DNA of 63,156 nucleotides, from positions 38,547-101,702 of the forward strand of contig NW_015171584.1 of NCBI RefSeq assembly GCF_001447785.1, read 5' to 3'. Origin of the DNA: Gekko japonicus (lineage: Eukaryota). This document shows, piece after piece, positions 13,301 to 25,429 of the stretch. The notes beneath the pieces are model-generated. The model did no database searches, was not told the DNA's origin, and worked only from the letters and a program-made list of their open reading frames with translations. Made by a program: the position numbers and the translations under genes. Positions within the stretch are counted from its first letter, which is position 1. Each line of letters opens with the position of its first letter.

Positions 13301-13800
13301 TGGGGTTTTGTTTGTTTGTTTCTTTGGTTTTGATGGCCAAAGGAGACACTTCCTTTCTTTGTTTTTACCATGAGAAAAGCTAGCTGGAACTAATCTTATA
13401 TTTAGTCAATTTTAACTAGTAACACAGGGTCAAAGGATTCTCAACAAACCATCCCTACAAAAATGAGAACATGAAATATGTTGGAATATGCAAGGCCTAT
13501 AGTGCATCCTTATGAAGAAGATCTGAAGATCATTCTACAGGGGGACAAGGTATCTTCTAATTGCTATGAGGATTAGAGAGCATAAGGCTAAAACTTTTGA
13601 TCTAAAACTTTTTAAATCCTTTTTCTCTGTGTTAAAAACTGCTTTTCTGTTGTTTATGTTTATAACTTATGCCAATAAAGGTACTGACTGACTTACAGAC
13701 AATTATTTATTCAATACATTGTCCAAAGCTTTCATGGCCGGAGTTCATTAGTTGTTGTAGATTTTCTGGGCTGTATGGCCGTGGTTTTGGCATTGTAGTA

Positions 13801-13841
13801 CCTGACGTTTCGCCAGCACCTGTGACTGGCATACTCAGAGG
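13801..13841 (-). ncRNA. degenerate minimal type I hammerhead ribozyme motif
   Basis: Minus strand reads CCT-CTGAGTA-TGCCAG(loop)CTGGC-GAAAC-GTC-AGG; core G8 has changed to T. Confidence 0.6.
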
Positions 13842-13885
13842 TATAACACAGAAAGATACTGAGTATTCTATCATTCTGTATTACA

Positions 13886-13926
13886 CCTCTGAGGATGCCA
13901 GTCACAGCTTCTGGCAAAATGTCAGG
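13886..13926 (+). ncRNA. degenerate minimal type I hammerhead ribozyme motif
   Basis: CCT-CTGAGGA-TGCCAG(loop)CTGGC-AAAA-TGTC-AGG. GAAAC has become AAAAT, consistent with CpG decay. Confidence 0.6.
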
Positions 13927-14234
13927 TACTACAATGCCAAGACCATGGCCATACACCTCAGAAAATCTACAACAACTAATTATTTATTCATTTAGAAATC
14001 AACAGAAATGATTATAACACAAAAAGCAAGCCATACAATCAGAGATGGACTTTTGAGAATATGGTTCACATGCTGGAATTTATTTAGCCTTCCCAACCCT
14101 CTGCTTATGTCCCCAAAAATGCTTATTATGATAAGTACACAAGAAATAAAAATGATTTTAACATATAGTAACATAATAAGGGGGAAATCAAATCTTGGCA
14201 AGATATAAAAGATGAAGGAATAAATATTCAATGG

Positions 14235-15205
14235 TTGCTATATTATCAGTCAGTTTCAAGACTAAAGAAGATCTAAGAGATGTGACTGAGTCTGAACAGC
14301 TGATTATAAAACAAAAATATCATTTACTATGATGGATATACAAGTTACTACTCCAGCTAGAAACAGAAGAAGAAGTGAAAAAATGTATGATTAAATTGAT
14401 GCAGAATTTTAGAGAGCAGATATCTATGCATCAATGGGAATGTTTATGGGGGAAAAGAAATCAAGTTTACAGCCAGCCAGGCATAAGAGAAAACTGGTAC
14501 AAAATGTTTTTAAATGGTATATAATCCCAAAGGATATTGAGAAAGCAGACAAAACTACAAAGGAAAATGCTGGAAATTGATGGAAACTTTTTTCATATGT
14601 GGTGGACTTGTAAAGAAGCAAAAAGATATTGGAAGGAAATACATTAAAAAATGCAGAACATAATAAAATTTAAATTCCCTATGGAAGCTAAGAATATGTT
14701 ATTAGGTATAAAGTAAAGGTAAAGGTTCCCTTGCTCGAAAGCCAGTCGAATCTGACTCTAGGGTTGCGGTGCTCATCTCCGTTTCAAAGCCGAAGAGCCA
14801 GCGCTGTCCGAAGACATTTCCGTGGTCATGTGGCCGGCATGACTAAACACCAAGGCGCATGGAACACTGTTACCTTCCCACTGAAGTGGTACCTATTTAT
14901 CTACTTGCAATTTCTTGCTTTCGAACTGCTAGGTTGGCAGGAGCTGGAACTAGAGACGGGAGCTCACTCCGTCATGCAGCAACTCGGGTCTCGAACTGCT
15001 GAACTACTGACCTTCCACAGCCTGCAGTTCAGCATCTTAACCACTTGAGCCACCACAGCTCCTTGTTATTAGGTATACTGCCTAACAAATTACCAAAAAT
15101 TCTGAAAGAGATATTCAAATATATGGTGACAGCAGCTAGAATTATCTGTGCGGCAAAATAGAAAATAGATGTCTGGCCATACGTAGAAGACTGGGGAAAT
15201 AAACT
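14235..15205 (+). mobile_element. old L1 ORF2 3' fragment, interrupted by a Sauria SINE
   Basis: Degenerate KWYIIPKD...CWKxxxxFFHMWWTCK and YMVTAARII similarity to the ORF at 34-606. Confidence 0.7.
14711..15063 (-). mobile_element. Sauria SINE, full length, 14-bp TSD
   Basis: (ACCTTT)n tail and typical body; TSD TGTTATTAGGTATA at 14697-14710 and 15064-15077; near-identical to 56116-56464. Confidence 0.9.
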
Positions 15206-15319
15206 TGCCCCTTATACTAACTTTTGTCTTCCCCATCTTTTAAATCTTCTATTCCAAATCTACGATAAATGAGATTTGGATCATAATCAGTTGCTAGTTC
15301 TTTCTGTATTGGAGGTCAT

Positions 15320-15545
15320 GTTGCCTTAATACTTATAGGTATATTTTCAATCCACTGAAGCTTCTGAGACATCTTCAAAGACAGTCTTTCATAGAATGCA
15401 TTACAGCAAACCAACTGGGACATCACAGTAATGCAGTAATGCAGCTCAGTAATGCAGTAATGCAGCTCAGTATAACTAGGTTGGCAGAGTCTAAATAAGA
15501 GGCTAACATGAGCTAGAAGGAATTGAAAAGTCACTTCTAGAAACA
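15320..15545 (-). mobile_element. L2-like LINE RT fragment with internal 21-bp tandem duplication
   Basis: SQLVCCNAFYERLSLKMSQKLQWIEN resembles L2 SRLDYCNALY..LPLK..KLQ.VQN; (CAGTAATGCAGTAATGCAGCT)x2 at ~15426-15470. Confidence 0.5.
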
Positions 15546-16175
15546 ATGGTGATTTAAAAAAAACACACCCCTATATCCTTTGACATGGCTGAGTCCAAGA
15601 GGATGGCCAAGATCTTAACCTCAGCTAAGGCTGGTATTTCAAATAGTCTGCCTTCCCCAAACCAATTTCCAACAAATAGGTTTACTATTTTCAAACAAGA
15701 AACTTACCTAAAAATATATAGTCCACCAAATCAAATTTAGATTGTATTAAAGACAGGGATCCACCAAGTATCACATCTCCTAACCTATATATGTTGTCTG
15801 ATGTGCCCCCTGCCACACTACATCTGTTGCTCATATCCTCACATGCAAGTGGAAGGAACAGAAGCAGCAACAGCAGTAGGATGAACAGCCACCTGAGCAC
15901 AGGCCTACCCAGCCCACATCTGCACATTTGCATTGTGATCTAGGCTCCCAGGCACAAGTACCTCTGCAACAGGCACTTTGTCTGAATGTAGCACACTTTA
16001 GCAAAGAATGAGGCAGAGGCAGGATCTGTGGACATGGATATCCCACCAAGAAGGTTATTCAGGGAACAGATTGCTTGACTGAACCCAACTCTTCTATGAA
16101 ACACATCTCAGCTTTTGTGCCTTCAGCTTGGAAGTTAGTTTAGATTTAACCAGGGTTTTTTTTTTCCTGGTTGAT

Positions 16176-16200
16176 TCTACAAGGAAGAAAAGTAATTATA
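16176..16200 (-). promoter_or_regulatory. splice acceptor upstream of V2R coding exon 1
   Basis: Minus strand reads TATAATTACTTTTCTTCCTTGTAG|AATC (AG at 16178-16177). Confidence 0.55.
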
Positions 16201-16483
16201 ATGATTTTGATAATTGCTGAGCAGGCAACCATTTCCCTGATGTTGTAGCTTTTCTGTATAAATAAAATTGCTATACATTTTCCACAATCAGAAATTCAAT
16301 TATTTGTTAAACAGTAAAGTCTCTAAATTCAATTGTTACCTTTGATGTAGTCCTACATATGTGTATTATTTGCATGTAGCCCTGGTTGTCTCCTGATAGT
16401 TTTCCTACTGATTAGAGAGGAAGATTAGGCCACTTTGAAGACTGTTTTGTACATAATTTAGCATAAGCAATCCAACTTTCTGT

Positions 16484-16760
16484 CCTGACCTGGATGGCCC
16501 AACCTAGTCTGATCTCATCAGATCTCAAAAGCGACACAGGATCGGCCCTGGGTAGTATTTTGATTGGAAACCACCAAGGAATTTCAGGCTCACTATGCAG
16601 AGGAAGGCTGCCCATTTGCGGGGAGGGTGGGGTATAAATGTAACTAATAAATAAATAAATAAGCCAATGGCAAAATTACCTCTGTTAATCCCTTGCCTTG
16701 TAAACTCTACAGAATTTCCATAAATTGGCTGCAACTTGAGAGAACTTTACACGCATGTAC
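16484..16760 (+). mobile_element. 5S rRNA-derived SINE
   Basis: CTGATCTCATCAGATCTC..AAGC..CAGG..CGGCCCTGG.TAGTA.TTG....GA.ACC matches 5S rRNA internal sequence, followed by a non-5S tail. Copies at the same position in units B and C. Confidence 0.7.
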
Positions 16761-17069
16761 ACAGAGTACTTTTTGCAATATAAGTGATGTCTGCTCCAGA
16801 AGCTGAGTAACTTCTCCTAATATCCCTTCTCAGATCTGGGGTTCAAACTTGAATAATTATACCAGTAAATATATTATAAATCATAGGAATCACAGGTCTC
16901 CTCTTTAGTTACTATAATCTTATTCTGTCGTGAAAACTAGTATTAAAAATAAATATGAGGGGTAATTAAGAGTAAAATGTTTCCTAACAGTTTGTGTACC
17001 ATCCTCTGATTCTAAAGCAGGTTCCTGTATGCTCAAATGAGGGAATTTGGACTGCTAAATAGCCCTTTG

Positions 17070-17250
17070 TCATAGAATCATAAAGTTGGAAGAAACCTCC
17101 AGGGTCGTCTAGTCCAACCTCCTGCACAATGCAGGAAATTCACAAATATCTCCCTCTCCAAACCCATAGTGACTGCTGTTCCACACCCAGAAGATGACAA
17201 AAAACCTCCAGGACTGCTTCCTGACCCCACAGGAGTTCACAGGATCACCT
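17070..17250 (-). mobile_element. CR1 3' end fragment
   Basis: CATAGAATCATA tail and GTCTAGTCCAACCTCCTGC, typical of a CR1 3' UTR. Confidence 0.6.
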
Positions 17251-19253
17251 TTCAGTTCTAGACAGATCTACAAGGAGCTTCTCTTCAGCCTCTCCCTTCC
17301 GCTGCTTTTCTAAAGCAGCTGCAAGGTACACAAACAGCTTTCCTTTCTTTACCTATAACTAGCAAGTATGATTTAAGTTCCCTTGCTTTTCAGTAGTCTT
17401 CCTGTTTCCTTTACCATAAACAAGAGTAGCCACAGCTGCTGAAGGATGCTGTCTTAAGTGCACTTTCCTGGGAGTAAGCTGTATTGAATAACATGGACCA
17501 TCTGAGTAGACTTGCTTAGGATTGCTCCCTCTCACAAACCATGAATCTTCATAAACTTTCCCACTTACTTTACTGGTTTGTTTAGTAATATTTGTGATGT
17601 GGTAGAATTCCTCCCCCCCCCCCCCGGAGCTAAAGATGCCAAACTCACAGTGAGTCTCCAGCTGACTCTCCTCTTCTACAAAAGTGAGATTGCTGCCTCC
17701 TCCTTCTGACCCTATGATTCTCGACTTCTGGGCCTTCTGGGGTCCCCCTTTTTGGACTGGCCTCCCTTTTGCTGCCCCATGGGCTGGTTTCCCAAAGTTC
17801 CTGTCACTTCTGTGACAAGGAGATCCCCTTCCCCTTTCTTCCCTAAGCTTTGGATCACCACCTCCTCTCTCTCCTGCGCCACCATGCACTGATCCTCCAC
17901 TTCTCTCTCATCTCCTTCCACCCCCAACCTGGACTCTTTTACATTTTCCTCCTCACCCCCTGGTCCCACAAGGGCCACTTTTGTTTAGTGTTTGGAGGGA
18001 CAATATTGGTATTTCCAGGGATGGCAAAGTCCACTCTCTGTTGATTTGATGATTAATTGATCGGCACCAGTGTGTCAGCTGCACAAACCACTGACACGAA
18101 CTGCACAAACCTCCATAAAAACCATGGAGGTCTGTGGGAGTTTCATTGCAGGTGTGATTGCACAGCCCTCAGCTCATGAACCATGAACCATGTGGTGTTC
18201 ATGAAGAATTTAAGTTCATGACAAGGTTCATCCCTAGTCTTGAGTATTCAAAAATGCTGCTCTTATGAACAAACAGTTCATGACACTATGTTGTCGAACT
18301 TGCATCTTTGCTAAAATAATTGTCTTGCTATCACTAAAATTAGTTCTCATGAAATGCCACAGAAACACAGGGAAGAAATGGAATATAACTAACAATTTCC
18401 ATTGCTTTCTTTGGGCAATAGGTAAGACAAAGTTTTACCAGGACTGGGGCTGAAAATCGTAGGTAAACCATGACCTTCTTATTTATCACGTTTCAATACC
18501 ATACCAGTGCATTTCAGAAGTGCTCCAATTTATAAATACATATATATAGATCTTAAAGTCCTGTTCTGCTTAAAATGGAGGTTTCTGACTTTTTCTAAAG
18601 GAAGAGGTATATCCCATCAGTGGAAGTCAATACTGGTACAGAACTTTTAAATTAAGTTGATGTTTATCACTTAATTGATCAGTCAATTACAAACCGTGAC
18701 AGCAAATTGAGAAACTATATTTTAACCAGTAGACAGTCTAGCCAATGAACCACTGAGATGCTAAGTATAATTCATAAGACTAACAAAATTACAGAAGAAT
18801 GTATTTGGCCATGAATCAGTACAAATTCTCTAAACAGTTATAAAAGTTATATTATATCTACAGTTTAAAAGTATGCCATGTTCATCCATCGGTTGATTAC
18901 TATAGAACTCAGCATAGCATATCCAGTGTTCCAGGAGTTTTCCCATGTAAAAACTAACCAGTTTCAGATCTGCTGAACTTCAGTAATGTTGCTATGTCAC
19001 ATACCACTTCAGCATACCCTTGGACTAGATTTTGACTAGCAATTTTAGCCAAAGGAATTGATTTTAATGGACCAGAACAGAAACCTTTATTGGCATAACA
19101 TAAGTAAACCAGGCAAGGAAAAGTTTAAAGGATAATACAAGAACAACATCAACCAATATTCCTGGTATTCCAAAATACAAGACAATCCTAACATGATTTA
19201 CAGGAATTACAGAGTATTACTCTTGACTTCCATATGTAGGTCAAAAATTCAGT

Positions 19254-20017
19254 GACAGATAGTCACTGACAGATAGCGGTGGTGCAGGCAGTTAAAACGC
19301 CTGCACTGTAACATCACCCGAGCAGCCACTATGGCTGTTCGAGTACCACAGCGGTCGAGGTGAGCTCTCGACCTTCGTCCCAGCTCCCGCCTACCCAGCG
19401 GTCTTGAAAGCAACCTAATTGCAAGTAGGTAAATGGGTACCCACCCTTAGAGGGGTGGGGGGCACCCTGTGTGGTCGGCTGAAGATGGCGGAGATAGCGG
19501 AGACGGCGACAGTGGCTGCAACGATGGCGGCGGCAATTCCTGGCGTGGACGGCATTGGTAGTGCGGCGAGCAAGGCGGCAGCGAACAAGGCAAGGTGCAC
19601 GTTTGAGCGATCCCTGGCGGCGGAGAAGGAGTACACTGAGGGCTGCCGTGAAGAGAGAAGAAAGGGGCGTGCGCAGATGCCAAGTTCCGGCTCAGCGGAG
19701 CCGGAAAGGACGTGGCCGGGCCGGAAAGTAGGCAGAGCTGCGCGCCTAAGGAGGAGATCGCCACCACTGAACGCCGGAGACGCCAGAGAACGCCAGAGAA
19801 AGAACAACCCGCTGGACCAGGAGACCCGACCATGCCGAGCCAACGGAGAAACAGCAATAGCCACCACAGAGGGGGTGCCGGTAGGTTGTCCCACCCCCCC
19901 TTCATACATTGTGGCCCTAGCTAGGAACACAGGTGATTAGCACCAGAAACCCTGTAAGCCGCTCTGAGACCCTAGCCATGGAACAAAAGCGGGATATCAA
20001 GTCTAATGTAAATAAAT
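19254..20017 (+). mobile_element. composite SINE-like retroposon (Sauria-like head + GC-rich body + L2-type tail)
   Basis: TSD AAAAATTCAGT at 19243-19253 and 20018-20028. 19270-19460 resembles the Sauria SINE 5' half. The 3' end TGTAAGCCGCTCTGAG...GCGGGATAT...AAATAAATAAA resembles the L2-type tail at 41490-41555. Confidence 0.7.
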
Positions 20018-20029
20018 AAAAATTCAGTA

Positions 20030-21400
20030 AGCTTGTCACTCAATCAAGGAAGGACACAAGGTTGGTCCGGCAGGACCTGTTGGGGACAAACCCGTGCTGA
20101 CTTCCCAGGATCACCAAGCTGTCCTTTAGATGCTCTCAGATTAATCCCTTTAAAATCTGATCCAGTATCTTCCCTGGCACAGAGGTCAGACTGACCGGCC
20201 TGTAATTTCCTTTGTTACCCCTCCTCCCTTTTTTGAAAATTGGGATAACATCTGCCCTACTCCAGTTCTGTGGCATGTTTCCCATCCTCCAAGATGTCTG
20301 GAAGATTGTGGACAAAGGCTCTGCAAGCTCTCTAGAAAGTTCTTAGAGCACTCGTGGGTGCATACCATCTGGTCCTGGGGATCTGTACTCATTCATTGCA
20401 GCCAGGTGCTTTTCACCTACCTCTCTGTCCATGTCCACCAGCAACCCAGATGCTGTGACTTGCCTACTACCATCTCTAGAAGAGCCTGTTCTCTTCTTCA
20501 GTGAAAAAAGCAGAGGCAAAATAGGCACCGAGTCTTTCTGCTTTCTCTCCGTCCTCTGTCAGAGTTTCTCCACTTTCACCCAACAGTGGGCCCATCGCCT
20601 CTTTTATCTTGCGTTTGCTCCTCACATACCTGAAGAAGTTTTTCTTGTTGTAGTGATCCTCCCTGGCCAGATTTAGCTCGCTGTGAGCTTTGGCCTCTCT
20701 GATGGCTGACCTACAGTGCCTACCAACCCACAGATACTCTTCTTTAGAGGTATGTCCTTGCCTCCATTTCTTGAACACTTCCTTTTTCTCCCTTAGCACA
20801 TCACGGAGTTCTCTGTTCATCCATATTGGCTTCTTGGATCTCCTACCATGTTTCCTTCTTGGGCTTGAGTTTGCAAGAGCTCTCGTTTTAGAAGAGGCCA
20901 CCCTTTACTTGCTCCTTTCCCTTCTAGCAGTCTTGCCTATGGGATAATTCTCATCATGCCTCTGAGTTTATTAAAGTCTGCCTTACTGAAATCTAACATA
21001 CACGTATGGCTACAAACTTCCTTGGTCCCCCACAGCAAAAGGAATTCTAGCAGGACATGGTCACTTCCTCCTAAGGTCCCCACCACCTTTGCCCCATCTA
21101 CCATCTCTTGCCTGTGGATCAATATTAAATGGAGTATGGCAGAGCCCCTCGTAGCTTCCTCCACCATTTGCTGAAGGCAGTTGTTGTCCAGACAGGTCAG
21201 GAAGTTGCGTGACTGTGGATACTTGGCAGTTTGTCTCCCAGCACACATCAGGGACGTTGAAGTTACCCATAACTACCAGGTCATGTTGTTTGGATACCCT
21301 GTCAAGCTATTCAAGGAGGGCAGCATCCACCTCAACCTGGTCAGGAGATCTGTAGCAGACTCTGACCATCTCCACAGCTACATTTCTTCCAAATATATGT
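20030..21400 (-). mobile_element. CR1 LINE ORF2 fragment (EN C-terminus to RT N-terminus)
   Basis: MGNFNVPDVCWE, GGSDHVLLEF, LDFSKADFNKLR, NKKNFFRYV and SPGPDGMHPRVL motifs; frameshifted. Confidence 0.9.
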
Positions 21401-24400
21401 GCTCCTGATCCAACAAGCAAAATCTGTGTTTCCCCATCATCAATACGCCCTTTCCTGAACCTGCTTTACTCAGATCTTTTTTTAAAGAACACTGTCCAAA
21501 TACGTTATTGTGCTGTCTAGAATGAATGGTGCCCATTTTCCTCCCCTGCAAAGGTCTCACCCACATCAGCACCATTTCTCCACCATTAGCCCCTTGTGGG
21601 CATGTACCATTTACTACCATTTTTTCCTGTTGTGCCACCAGAGGTCTTTTTGCAGGCTTTTTTTTGGGGGGGGGGACCTGATAATTGCTATTGCACTATA
21701 GTGTAGTACAGTAGTAATCTATTTCCAGTTCAAATAGTCCACTGAATTCCTAGTGTTTGCATTGCAAAAAGGACCTTTTTCTTTTGAAGACATGAGATGA
21801 AAGGTGCAGGCAATTTTTTTGTCCAGATTGTCTAGAAGGGAATGGAGAAAGGAAGCTACAAGACAGCTGTCATGGGGTGGGAATTCACTGCTCAACAGAT
21901 TATTTCAAACTCCAATGCGCAGTGATTTCTCTGCTTATCAGGTTAAGAAAACAAAAGGTATGGGGTGACCCTTCAGGCAAAGGGATCCTGTTTTCGTGTG
22001 AACATTGTTCATATGTGTGGAAAGAAAAAATTAAAAAACCAGTGGCAAGTCCTCATACCTCCATGAGAGCCAATGCAGTGCCAGTGCAGAGTACGGGGGG
22101 CGGGGAGTGTGGGAGCTCTGCCACCAATGCACATGCCTCTGTGTTTGCCACAGTGATGAAAGCAGAGCAGAGAATCCTCACCATATGAAAGCAACCCACA
22201 TCAGAGCCATTTTATCTGTACGAAAAATGCGAAAATCAGGGAGAGAGAGGATGACTTTCTGCAGAGATAAAATTGCTGTCAGACTTGGAACAGGCTGTAT
22301 TGACTTCACTTGCCATTTTTGTTGAGTGAAGCCATCACAAGTGCTTCAAGAAGCTCCATGTGGACTATATTGAACAGGGAGCAGAGCAGCAGACCACTGA
22401 CCAGAAAGGGAAGGCTGCCTTGTTCTCATCCTGCCACCCCAATTCCTTTGTCCTCTCCACAAACGGGCAGCCATTGAGTTTTTGAAGAGAATTCTATGGG
22501 ACATGACTCTTTTGAGATTCCCAAATGAAGACTTTGCAGGAATGCGAGAACCATTGAGTATTAAAAAATTATTGTGAGAACATAAATGTACCAGGTGGTA
22601 GCCAGCCTGGTTAATTATTGCATCTCGAGACTGCCTAGGCCGAGAAAAAGGGAAGGGAGTATGCTCATCATCGTCCCAATGAAGCATAAAGCCAATTTGA
22701 TCATTGTCTTTATCTATTCTAGCATTAAAATCCCCCACTAATAGAATGAAAGCCTCAGGATATTTAATAGAGTGATTAGTAAGATAACCATTCAACCGAT
22801 TCCAATGGGCTCTGAGAATGCTATTATCTTGACAAGGGGGCATATAGACATTGGCAGTAATCAATTGAAAGTCTTTAAACAAAATAAGAAAAGTTTGGGC
22901 GAAGGGGGGGCACGCCTCTAACTGAATGACAGATAGTTTAGTAGCATTCTTAAAGAGGCCACAGAGCCCACCCATAAAACGACCCTTCCGATTCGGCCTC
23001 GTGGCAGGGAGTGAAAAGGAAGAAAACCCATTAATAGATACATTAATTGGGGACCAAGTTTCCTGGAAGAAAATCATGTCAAATGGTAGCAGAAAATTCA
23101 GAAAATCAGAGTCTCCCCATTTGTTAGCCCATCCCGCAATATTCCATGTCAGAAGTTGGATTCCTTTCTGAGAATCCCTAGAACAGTCATGGTTGTCAGG
23201 TAGTCACTCGTGTTCAGAGATTGCATCCAGAAAAGGGAGATTATCAGGGCAAATACAACCATTTGGTATAGTCTGGGGCAGAGATTTAACAGGAAGAAGT
23301 TTCAAGCGATCCGAAGTAGATGGTTTGGCCAGGGCTTCCAACGTAATTCCAGTCGACACCATAGGGAAGGCTTCAGAAACCACTGACTTAGTTCCCCTTT
23401 GCATCAAGATGGGATTTTCACACACAACTTGGGTGGAATAGTTGGGCATAAGTGTCACAGTGGCCACCTCAGTGGGGCCTGCCAAAGGTGCTAGGTGGGG
23501 TATATCCCTAACGTTGGTATCCAGGGATAGAGTGGAGTCCTTAACCCCTTGGAGTTTATGACTCATAGAGTTTAGTCTATCTATAACAGCTTGCTGATCA
23601 TCAGTTGCAAGAGCTCCAAAGGACAAAAGCATGCCGTCTTCCACATCTTTCACTAAGGGAGTCAAAGTCAAGTCATTGTTGGAGTCATCTAAATCCAGGG
23701 AAGCCAGAAAATCTTTGCTACCAGTTCGCATACAAGAAGTCTTGGGATCAATTTGCATTGTTTAGTCATCAGCAGATGTTTCTTCCCAAGAAATCAAATT
23801 GGTATGGATAGTATCAGCAGACTTGGACGGGACACTCAATGGTTTAGAAGAGGGTATACATTTTACACATTTCTTAGTAATTAAGGGAGCGACAACGAGG
23901 TTCCGAAAAACACGATTAGGGAAGATTCCCATCTTGCAGAGGGTCGCTTTCCTCTTCAATAGCAGTGCTGGCAGGTTTGAAGAAGTAAAAGTTTAAGGAC
24001 GGAGGCAAGATGTTTCTTAGCTTCAGAAAAGGTTAGCCAGCTGGGGGCAAAGCCGTATCTGCCTTTGATTGTTAAGGCGACTCTCCGAGGTTGATAAGCT
24101 AACTGAAAGATATTTTTATTAGAATCATTACAAGCACTGCTATTGTCCATTTGAGAGTCAGGATGCATCTGCTTATTGCTTTGAACATTTTGCTCACAGA
24201 TGGCTCCCTCAGATGTTTTAGCCTGAGCACAAATAGTGCAAGAGGAAAGTTCTACCACCGCAGCTTTAAGTTGTTTGATTTGAACTCTCAAGTCCTGAAT
24301 ACTGTTAAAGAGACAGTCCACAGTCCTAGCTATTAGGCAATAGGGACTCCTCATGGGGTGAGCTATTCCTCCCAGGGTTTGTAGCACTCTCTGTTTGGGT

Positions 24401-25429
24401 GGATCCTTCCTTTCTCACATCCATTTTAGGATCAATGTGGGCATTTGCCTCTGTTTCTTCAGAGGTACTATCAAGAGCAGAGTAACGATTGAAAGTCTCC
24501 ACAGTATATAGAAGGGAGCCAGTTCTATTTGGAGAATTATCAACATCCACAGGGTTGCAAAAGAAATCATTGATTTTAAACTGCTTTGCAGCTGGCAAAG
24601 GTACACTCTCCTCGCTCCCTCTCCCACGCTTAATTGGCGGCATCCCCAGAAGTCGTTAAAAGGGATGTTGTCCTCAGCTATCTCCACAAAGTTATCTCCA
24701 CAAAGTTAAAAAAGAACTCAGCTCAAGTTCACAATCCGGCAGACTTAGTAGTCTTAATATAAGATGTCGGAGAAAAACAGCCACAGGGTCTCCAATAGGG
24801 AGAGGCATGAAAGTTCCTCCAAAATTACTGGGAGTAAGAGTATACAAGAGGAAAAAAACCCGGAAAAAATAAAAGGTAGCTCATATACCCTTGGCTCAAC
24901 TAATATATTTTTTAAAAAAATAAAAAGAAACAGATAAAAAGGCCGAATAAATTTAAAACCTACTTAATGAGCCAAGAGGTAATCACCGCACAGCCTCCAC
25001 GCAGCCGACCGGAACTGGCAATTTTAATGGACCATGCCTATGTGGATTCAAAAGTGTGTAGCTGTACATCAGTGAGGGGTCTAATGTCACTTATCTTGCG
25101 TCCCATTTGTATGGAAGAATGGTAGGCATATAAATATTTTATTTTTAGATGTGAATATATTTGGACATTGGATATTTCAATGACTGTCAAGCTTGCTAAA
25201 ATTCTTACCCATATCTCTGGTATCTGCTAACATTGCAGATGCAGTACATTGAAAAAAATGTGGTTGACTATTACTATTCCTGCCTTCAGATTATCAGCAG
25301 GCATGGAAGACCCACAACAGACTTGCGGTTTCTCAGCAAAGCACTCACAATGCATCAAATGGTCTTGATGCACTATTTGAGAATTGGTATACATCAAAAA
25401 AATGAACAACTAAGAAAATGTAACATTTA

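Larger units (their letters stand above)
13720..13980. mobile_element. Penelope-like element remnant: inverted pLTR pair (234-bp palindrome, 13747-13980)
   Basis: Arms ATTAGTTGTTGTAGATTTTCTG... and ...CAGAAAATCTACAACAACTAAT are reverse complements centred at ~13863. Each arm carries a hammerhead-like core. Confidence 0.8.
9445..15933 (-). pseudogene. vomeronasal type-2 receptor (V2R, class C GPCR) pseudogene, exons 1-4 only
   Basis: Exon 1 15708-15933 (signal peptide, GDVILGG). Exon 2 12808-13099 (292 bp, [24 protein letters not shown]...YKIPQ). Exon 3 10379-11212 (LLLHFRWTWVGL; SYSVYNAVYAIAH; frameshifted, terminal TAG). Exon 4 9445-9652 (GYDIVNWIIFPN). GT-AG boundaries are present. No cysteine-rich or 7TM exons. 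Confidence 0.9.
19075..25020 (-). mobile_element. RTE-X-like LINE insertion (5' UTR, ORF1, APE endonuclease, 3' end) with 14-bp TSD; RT region replaced
   Basis: TSD ATTTTAATGGACCA at 19061-19074 and 25021-25034, with the empty site present in unit B (~35234). APE motifs TWNIAGW, FQETW, NVYMPP and LVGDFNARI at ~22535-23170. Disrupted ORF1 ~23200-24643. Tail GCCAATAAAGG at ~19085. Confidence 0.8.

Noticed and set aside
15426-15470. CRISPR-like or functional short repeat
   Set aside because: Simple 21-bp tandem duplication without spacers, in eukaryotic DNA.
9445-15933. secreted Venus-flytrap-only V2R protein
   Set aside because: The exon 1/2 phase clash and the frameshifts and stop in exons 3-4 prevent an intact ectodomain.
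19419-19940. 173-aa ORF as a host gene
   Set aside because: Starts at a non-ATG codon, has no recognisable domain, is GC-rich with several frames open, and lies inside a TSD-flanked retroposon; kept only as part of the SINE finding.
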